The translations under genes were made by a program, and so were the position numbers. From NCBI GenBank assembly GCA_003344405.1, contig NOWV01000143.1, positions 173,177-193,176 on the forward strand: a DNA stretch of 20,000 bases, written 5' to 3'. The notes beneath the pieces were generated by a model. That model searched no databases. It saw only the letters and a list, made by a program, of their open reading frames with translations, and was not told where the DNA came from. The stretch comes from Trichoplax sp. H2. Taxonomy: Eukaryota. Below, piece after piece: positions 12,545 to 20,000 of the stretch; position 1 is the stretch's first letter, and every line of letters begins with the position of its first letter.

Positions 12545-15541
12545 ATTTATATTACGAGAAATTACAGTACTCATAGAGTGGCAACTTATATATTTGGAAC
12601 TGTCAATATGCGATTTGAAGTTGCGTAGTTAACCTTAATCAATAAGCAGATGTTCAGTAAACTAATTATTTAAATTTTTATAAACAGGAAGAATCAATGT
12701 CATGACTACTTGAATATTTTACCCGTAAGCCACCTTTAGTCTGAAATGATTTAATATCTAATTCATTAGAAATTTTATACCCTTGAGCTCCAATAATATG
12801 GTTATAAGAATCAAAAATATAATATTTTGTGGGCGAAAATTATCATACATGGCCTAAAATTAGAAGCTCTGCGGCCTTACCGGATATGATATGTTATCGT
12901 GATGTCAGAAGTTGACAGTGAAAAGCCCGCATTGATTATAGAGTACAGTTATTTCCTAAATTACTTTACGATTTTAATTATGTTCGAAAAATTAATTTCA
13001 TCATCACCTGAATGTTTATAACTGTTATCATATTGTATAGTTAAGTAGACTATTCCAATAATCTGTCATCTATATTTCATAATAAGTCTATGTGAATAAT
13101 TATATAAAATTAAAGTTAATACTACACATTAGCATGATATTTACAACGTAAAATTTCAGCACGCTCATTTAATCCCTGTGCACTAGAATCGTAAGTAAAT
13201 TTAATGAAGATCTTTGTATTCTACAAATTAGATTGTTTAAAACTTTCATTCTGGTTCAAATTGAAGCCTTGTAAATTCCTTACGTAATAGATTGTAGATG
13301 AAAGTTGTTACTACAGAAATTAGTTCATATGTTTTTATCCTAGTATACAGTACTGAATAGGATAAAAAATAGCACATATCAGAAAATAATAGTATATACT
13401 AGTTTCTATCAGTCATAGAAATATGTATGTATTACCTATCCATATATAAAAGTAGTTTCAAGATACCATGTGCAACGATAAAAAGTCTGTAGGTAAAGAA
13501 GATTGTTGAAACTGTGAACAATAGCTATCGTTGGATTAATAGATAAAGTTCGTTATTATAGGGCTTGAATGACAGTTAAATATCATTTTTCAATGTTGTA
13601 CACTAAATAAAATGAAATAGTCATACAATTGAACTTTGTTATTTAATAGATGTTTAATTTATTTGGCTAATATCTAATAACTTATATTATTTCTCTAATA
13701 ATGTTCATGTTCTAAACGTATTGAGAAAGCCTAAATACGACGATGTCATTCGCAAGCATTGTAGAATAGATGCTATAGAAGAAAATTTGTAAATTTAGAT
13801 TAAAAAAGGAATGAGAAGTAAACTAAAAGCATGCTAAGCTTGCTTTCAAATGATGATGATAAAATTCATAAATTCGTAATGCTGTCATAATTACAAACAT
13901 TAGTTATCCCTTTTTAGTTATTTAAATCAGGTGATATTATATGAAATTATAGTTCTGGATATTTATTGTTGATGTTATGGAGATACAGAGGTAAAAATTT
14001 CGTTGCAATCCAAATCAATCATATAATATTACATATTTACTACTGAAAACGATTACATTATAGTTCTTAGATAAATCGTTTTGTAATCGTACACTCATCA
14101 GGGTAAGAATCGTAAACCGTTAAATTCTTCTATATTATTTGGCTGGTAAATTTATAATTGCAATTTATGTGATACCGGTACAAAATTTACTATAAATCCA
14201 TATGGAGGCAAGATTGTATATATTTTGGTACTATTAAAATTTTTTAGAAGGTAAAATAAATGCATTATGATGGCTATTTCGTCAAAGAACTGAATACATA
14301 CCTAGAAATTTACGTCATAGAAAGTTTTTTGATTATTTTTTTTACCAACTTTTACATTTTATGAATAATTTAATTATAATTAAAAAGTGGCATAAAATTG
14401 TTGCCACCATACCAATTATGATTCGCGATCAAAGCTGAAAAAAGCATATATTTTGTTTTGGTTGATTTCAGATTTTTTGATATCAACTGTGTTGTAAATT
14501 ACCTTGGATAGGGATGATCACATTTATTGTAGCTATTGTTGAGAATATTCTTACAGCATTTCTCGTTAACCTTAAATGACGTCACGAAGGCAAAATAGAC
14601 ATATTCGAATGGCTTGATTTGTTTAATTTTGGGCTTTAATCCGATTGCATGATATCAAATTTAAAAAGCAGCAATATGCAAGCATTATTATAATAAAACA
14701 AAGGCTAAAATTGCTTTCGTTGCTGGATGCCAGTAAACTTTGGATAAAAGATTGATGCGCAATTCGCACCATATGTGAACATTCTTTGTTGCGTATATTA
14801 CAGATACTTGAAGTAATATTTTAGAGTACAGGCAGTTTTTGTTATACGTATCTACTACATTATGAGCTAACTAAGTAAGTAAACATATTACACCAGCTTA
14901 ATGGCGTCTATTCGAGGTAGTCAAAAGATAATTTAATTAACAAAATAATCTTACAATAAACCAACATAGTACTGTATTAAGATTATATAAAACTTAGATC
15001 TATAAGCTTTACCATTGACAATATATCCAGGAGTTCAATCTGATTAAGAAGCTCTTAGAGTTCCATCTCTAATCCCATCCACCCTCCCTTGAAATGAGCA
15101 GCGCGGGGGTATTTATACTACTGTTAAATGACTCTGATTATGGGTTCATTTCAATAGGTCAGTATAAGATTCTTACAGTACTTTTAACCTAAAGATTTCT
15201 TCATGTAAAACGAATAGCTCTAAGGTAGTAATTTCTGCAGAGTACCGATTATTAAAATAGTATTCGTTATATCGCTAAGGGTGGCCACTGGGCCTTTAAA
15301 TTTTGATTTCATGTAATATTCTGATGAAAATTGAATAAACATAGAATCTTTATAGAGTTTTCTATACAGCCATTTTGATTGTTACATTTTCTTATAACGG
15401 TTGTTATCGACAGAGCAAGCTTTGCTTGCATACGACAGCGATCCTTAGACACATTATAATGATTGGTATAGAATTGACCACAGTACGAAGGACATTCTAC
15501 CGCACTGTAGATATCTTACAGNNNNNNNNNNNNNNNNNNNN

Positions 15542-15910
15542 AACATATTACACCAGCTTAATGGCGTCTATTCGACGTAGTCAAAAGATAATTTAATTAA
15601 CAAAATAATCTAGCAATAAACCAACATAGTACTGTATTAAGATTATATAAAACTTAGATCTATAAGCTTTACCATTGACAATATATCCAGGAGTTCAATC
15701 TAATTAAGAAGCTATTAGAGTTCCATCTCTAATCTTTCTAATTTTGACACAATTATCTAATATATCGGGTTCAAATACACTTCACACTATCTGCAGGCCG
15801 TTATTTCGTAAAATTAGACTCTAAAGATCAGATGGCGAAGTTTCAAGAATGCGCGTAATGAATTGATTAATATTTGAAGTAATATAGGACAGTGAGTTCA
15901 TAATATACTC
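15542..15910. other. 369-bp gap-bounded contig representing the insertion-free (empty-site) allele
   Basis: 15542-15732 matches 14882-15072 (5 mismatches in 191 bp by my count). 15733-15910 matches 16387-16564 (4 mismatches in 178 bp). The contig is flanked by N runs at 15522-15541 and 15911-15930. Confidence 0.85.
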
Positions 15911-15979
15911 NNNNNNNNNNNNNNNNNNNNTAGAAATGAATGATCTCTAGGATTTATGTAAATATTATTGAGAAGGTAG

Positions 15980-16253
15980 AAGTGATTGATACACATCAGT
16001 AGGTACTATTAGTTCTATTGCTCTCTTGCAATTCGTAGTGTTATCCTACTGTAGTTCCCCTGTCCCAATTACTTTTGATTTCTATACTGTATATAGTAAC
16101 CATCCTTATTCGGTAAACATACTAATACGAAAGTTACTTAACGAAATTTGAAAAGTGATTGATACACATCAGTAGGTACTCTGAGTTCTATTGCTCTCTT
16201 GCAATTCGTAGTGTTACCCTACTATAGTTCCCCTGTCCCGGTTATTTTTGATT
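15980..16253. repeat. Two about 101-bp direct repeats (15980-16080, 16153-16253), period 173, inside the Helitron
   Basis: AAGTGATTGATACACATCAGTAGGTACT...GTTCTATTGCTCTCTTGCAATTCGTAGTGTTA...AGTTCCCCTGTCCC...TTTTGATT occurs twice with a few substitutions. Confidence 0.92.
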
Positions 16254-17995
16254 GCTATATATCATATTACAAAAAGTATTTCTAAGAGGATAATGTTCGT
16301 TAGTCAGTGATCTGATAGTTACTGAACCTCTGTTAAATGAGCACATTATCGTAAACCGTCAGTAAAGCGACGGGAGTTTGCACTAGTCTTACTAATTTTG
16401 ACACTATTATCTAATATATCGGGTTCAAATACACTTCACACTATCTGCAGGCCGTTATTTTGTAAAATTAGACTCTAAAGATCAGATGGCGAAGTTTCAA
16501 GAATACGCGTAATGAATTGATTAATATTTGAAGTAATATAGGACAGTGAGTTCATAATATACTCTATCATCTATGCTTTAATCTACAATCTACTGTAATT
16601 TGATTATGATCTCAACAAATTATAGTATATGCGCTTTATTCTTATTTACAGTATAGAAATTGAACATCTTGTGATAGTATCGGAACCAGTCTTACTATAA
16701 TATTAAGATAAATATGTCTAAACTTAGAGCGATTCCGTGATCAAACTAAGGCATTATAATAACCAATAACATCATTTAGTTTCTTGAGGCAAGATCGTAT
16801 TGTGGAAATAGTACTTTATGTTTCTTTATTGAACAAATGATACGGTTGCATTTAAAGTTAGTAAACTATAACTAGTAAAGGCCTTCTATATAGTATAATA
16901 TTGATAAAATGGAAGTATTTTATTTGCTTATACTTTACTTAATACGATTTCGGTATAGTATCTTAGTTAACTACTTGTTTTATACGATTGTAATGTAACT
17001 TAGTATTGTGATTGTAGACTGTCAGCCATGTTTAGTATAATATTCGGTAGATAGTTATCCTAAAAGATATTCGGGAGCCATAAATATAGACTGTAGTGGT
17101 ATAGACTCTATGCTAGAGTAAAGATGACTATATACAGTAAGGTGTTGAGTTACTAACAAGGCTATAGGTAAAAATAGAACTGTAAATCATGTATTAGGAT
17201 ATGGCTATTTCATTGTACTTTGGCTGATGTGAATAATATCTACGTAAATACTGTAGTCGTATCCATATTGGATTAATGACGGTCCGCAGTAGAATAGTGT
17301 TACTGAGAATACTTTAACTATGTGTAAAATAAGGTAAAAGGTAGCCATGCGGATTGTAGCTGCGAATGCTACGAAAAGTATAAAAGCATGCAACTTTAGA
17401 TAATTCTGTTAGTTCATTGTAGAAGTCTTTAGTAGTAGCATTCGGCTAGAGTAGAGCTACGTGTAGTTAATCTTTGTATAAGACTTAATAAAGCCCTTAT
17501 TTTTCTAAAATTTGGAATTTCGTGATCGGTATATATCATATATATATACTAAATTTTGTTAGTTAGCAAAATGCTCGTATAAAACATTTAATCCTAGTGG
17601 TCGGTTAGCGTAGTTACAGATAAAAATTCTTAATTTTCAAATATATCTTACTTTTTAGCTTTGATATTCTTATATTAATATTCGAGTAGAGCAGCTCTAA
17701 ACATTTATATAACAGTTTTATGATCAAATTATTTACCGTCAAAACAAAGTTCATGAATGATTCATTAAATGTTTGATTCTAGCATTGACTAAAAATCATA
17801 TAATTGCATTGATCTTAATAACACTCTAAATATCCTTCATAAAAAGAGAATTATGTCAAGAATATCTGTTTGCCGCTGAAACAGAGCTACAGCAAACAAC
17901 TTTTTTAGCCTTCGCAATATATTGGGGCACCAACTTCTTTATAGGTTATTGAACTTCTACTCCTCTTAGAGTATTTATTTTTATTAACTATAAAA

Positions 17996-18225
17996 ATGTT
18001 ATCCCAAGAATTAAATAATAACCATACAAACTTTTCCGTTACAATTCTTTCGAAGAATTTCAAGACAGTGTTCATACCATTATGGCTTATATCGATTATC
18101 ATAGCAACCTTAGGAAGTGCTATGATATTATATGTAATACTTCGAAAATATCACCTAAAGATACCACCTACAGATGTGATGATTCTAAATGTGACCATAG
18201 CCGACTATCTATTCGTATTGTCGAA
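17996..18225 (+). CDS. Coding exon 1 (N-terminus, TM1, most of TM2) of a class A GPCR
   Basis: ATG in AAAAATG context; sequons NHT and NFS; TM1 IIIATLGSAMILYVI; TM2 MILNVTIADYLFVLS. Donor AA|GTAATA at 18226, phase 2. Confidence 0.88.
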
Positions 18226-18830
18226 GTAATATAATTGTTGACATAAGATATGAAGTGAAACTAATTCGGGTAGTTTAAAATTAGATGACTTCAGTGCCAC
18301 ACTTACTAATGTACTATATCATAAAATGCCTTTAAATATTGATACGGGTTGCCGTTTAAAATTATAGATTATGAATTGCAAGTTCTGCTTTTAAAGGCCA
18401 ACAATTTCAGTAATCTTACATTTCTTCAGTAATTTTTTGAGAATTATAGAGTACATTATTAGGAAACTGCCAACTTAGCATATTTTACTGTTTAAGCAAC
18501 ATTCAGAATCCACAGAAAAATTCTTAGACTGTAAAAATACTAATACTGATAGAAAATACTAATCGGTTTTAATGCCTCGAGACTTAAACTTTTTTAAATA
18601 TAATTCAATGCTGTCAATGTATCAAGAATAACTACGTAGCAATTAAAATTGTTAATTGCAATAGATCGATAAGAATGAATATAGTACAAAATTATTAAAT
18701 TCTTTGATAGTCCGCAATAAGATTAATATTCTTGGTTGAAAAATGTTTAGTTCGTGGTAAATACTCTGACTTGTATAAGGAACGTATTTAATATTTAACA
18801 TTATTAAACTAAGCATTATTTTTGAAATAG
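18226..18830 (+). other. 605-bp GT-AG spliceosomal intron, phase 2
   Basis: Starts GTAATA and ends ATTATTTTTGAAATAG. Splicing joins AA+T into Asn and gives the in-frame DYLFVLS-N-VTFMLLLAW, which completes TM2. Confidence 0.85.
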
Positions 18831-19539
18831 TGTTACCTTCATGCTACTTTTGGCCTGGAGTGTATTTAAGAAACCCCTTTTTCGCTCAAATACATTCTTA
18901 TGTAGATTTTTCTTTATTTCGGTGTCATTTTTGGGGGCTAGCACGGTAATTTTGGCTACTCTAGCCTTAATGCGATACTCTAGAATTGTAAAGACAAATC
19001 AACTTCGCCAATTATTTTCGAAGCAAAACAGCATTCTAATTGTATGCTTTACGTGGATTTTGCCAATATTGGCTGTATTACCTCCCTTATTTGATTTCTT
19101 GGGAGAGCTTATATTTGCTGAGAATTATGGTGGGATTTGTCTTCCATCACTTGATCCTCCCCATCATGTTAGTAATATTGCTTATAATATTATAATCTTT
19201 GGAATATGTTTTACTTTTGCAAACGTAATCATTTTTTATTGTTATTATCGAATATACAAAATGGTTCATGAAAGTTCTAATCGTGTTAGAGGAACTAATG
19301 ATACAGATAGCCATAATTCAGGAACATATACAAAAGATAACAAGAATAGGTTGTTAAGAAAACCAAATGATAGCAGACTAAATGATATATTATTTGTGGT
19401 CTCTCTTGGATATATAGTATCTTATGGGCCTATTACAATATCATCGTTTCTGAGAATGATGGGATTGGTAAAACTGAACTTAGAGCAGTCACTCATATGT
19501 TTCACTTTAATGTACTTAAACAGTATGATAAATCCGTGG
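18831..19539 (+). CDS. Coding exon 2 (end of TM2 to TM7) of the same GPCR; melatonin/opsin/amine-receptor-like orphan; 3' boundary uncertain (ORF reads on to 19593)
   Basis: TM3 LCRFFF...LALMRYSRIV; TM4 TWILPILAVLPPLF; ECL2 GGICLP; TM5 ...IIFYCYYRIY; TM6 GYIVSYGP; TM7 LMYLNSMINPW. A candidate donor TGG|GTGTGT lies at 19540. If it is not used, the stop is at 19591-19593 (330 aa in total). Confidence 0.88.
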
Positions 19540-20000
19540 GTGTGTTACAGTGTTATATACTGTATTACAGTAGAAATATCTATGCTAGGATAATTCTGTT
19601 AGACTATCCTTATTTAGTTAACTTCTAATTTGGATATACTGTGTTTTAATATTGTACTGACTTTTTATGACAGTGACACTTATACACATACTGAAATTAA
19701 TAGTTATAATAGGGAATGCAAATCATCTACTTACAGTTCGAATCGTTGTGATTGTAATTTACTTATGCTAGATTGTAAATTATCATGGAAATATTCCGTG
19801 ATAGGACATATCGTAATCTGACTATTCTATATTAGTCATTACATGTCTATATTCGTAAATACTGTTGTCTGCATTAAGGGAGCAGTAGCTAAACTTAATA
19901 TCTAATTCAGTAAATGATTCCGAGGTTAATTATATTAACTATGACTCATGAATTATTGAGGAATAGTATATAAATGCAGTATATCGTGAAATAAAGAGGA

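Larger units (their letters stand above)
15073..16386 (+). mobile_element. Helitron-like rolling-circle transposon; only the two ends are sequenced (15073-15521 and 15931-16386); no Rep/helicase ORF visible
   Basis: 5' junction ctctaA|TCccatcc. 3' end CCGTC-agtaaagc-GACGG hairpin (16356-16373), 9 nt, then CTAG|T. The boundaries are defined independently by the empty-site copy ctctaA|Tctttctaattttgac at 15732/15733. No TSD and no TIRs. Confidence 0.8.

Noticed and set aside
13332-13368. 11-bp inverted repeat TTTTTATCCTA/TAGGATAAAAA; similar AT-rich hairpin at 2199-2221
   Set aside because: Low-complexity AT-rich stems like these are expected by chance.
6471-14589. GTCACGAAG seen three times (6471 on minus, about 9099, 14581)
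   Set aside because: Picked out post hoc, and there is no flanking similarity.
15375-15596. 73-aa ORF
   Set aside because: Spans an N gap and joins two separate contigs.
15067-16388. Degenerate 8-bp TSD (CTCTAATC / CACTAGTC) suggesting a hAT element
   Set aside because: Two mismatches and no TIRs. The empty site is explained exactly by an A|T Helitron insertion with TC...CTAG ends.
17205-18102. Minus-strand ORFs of 62 and 65 aa
   Set aside because: Short and without motifs; the second is antisense to GPCR exon 1.
19618-19821. Possible last exon of GPCR 3 after TTATTTAG at 19617
   Set aside because: The spliced product NPW-LTSNLDILCF does not resemble a TM7 end or helix 8, or the tail of the paralog.

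Overview
AT-rich eukaryotic (animal) genomic DNA, roughly 30% GC by eye, with two 20-nt N gaps. The composition and the cluster of divergent rhodopsin-class receptors suggest an early-branching metazoan such as a placozoan; this is inference only. The window holds three class A GPCR loci. (1) The 3' end (TM6, TM7, C-tail) of a receptor on + (1-327). (2) An intronless-CDS, peptide-receptor-like GPCR on - (9695-10750). (3) A spliced GPCR on + (exons 17996-18225 and 18831 to about 19539), which looks paralogous to the first. The most notable non-coding feature is a Helitron-type insertion (5' TC at 15073; hairpin plus CTAG at 16356-16386; A|T target, no TSD). Its empty site is present in the same window as a 369-bp contig between the two N gaps, most likely the other haplotype. 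There are also local duplications at 11.3-12.5 kb and a marked excess of the heptamer TACWGTA in non-coding DNA. I found no rRNA, tRNA or CRISPR features, and no evidence for a wholly new biological system.
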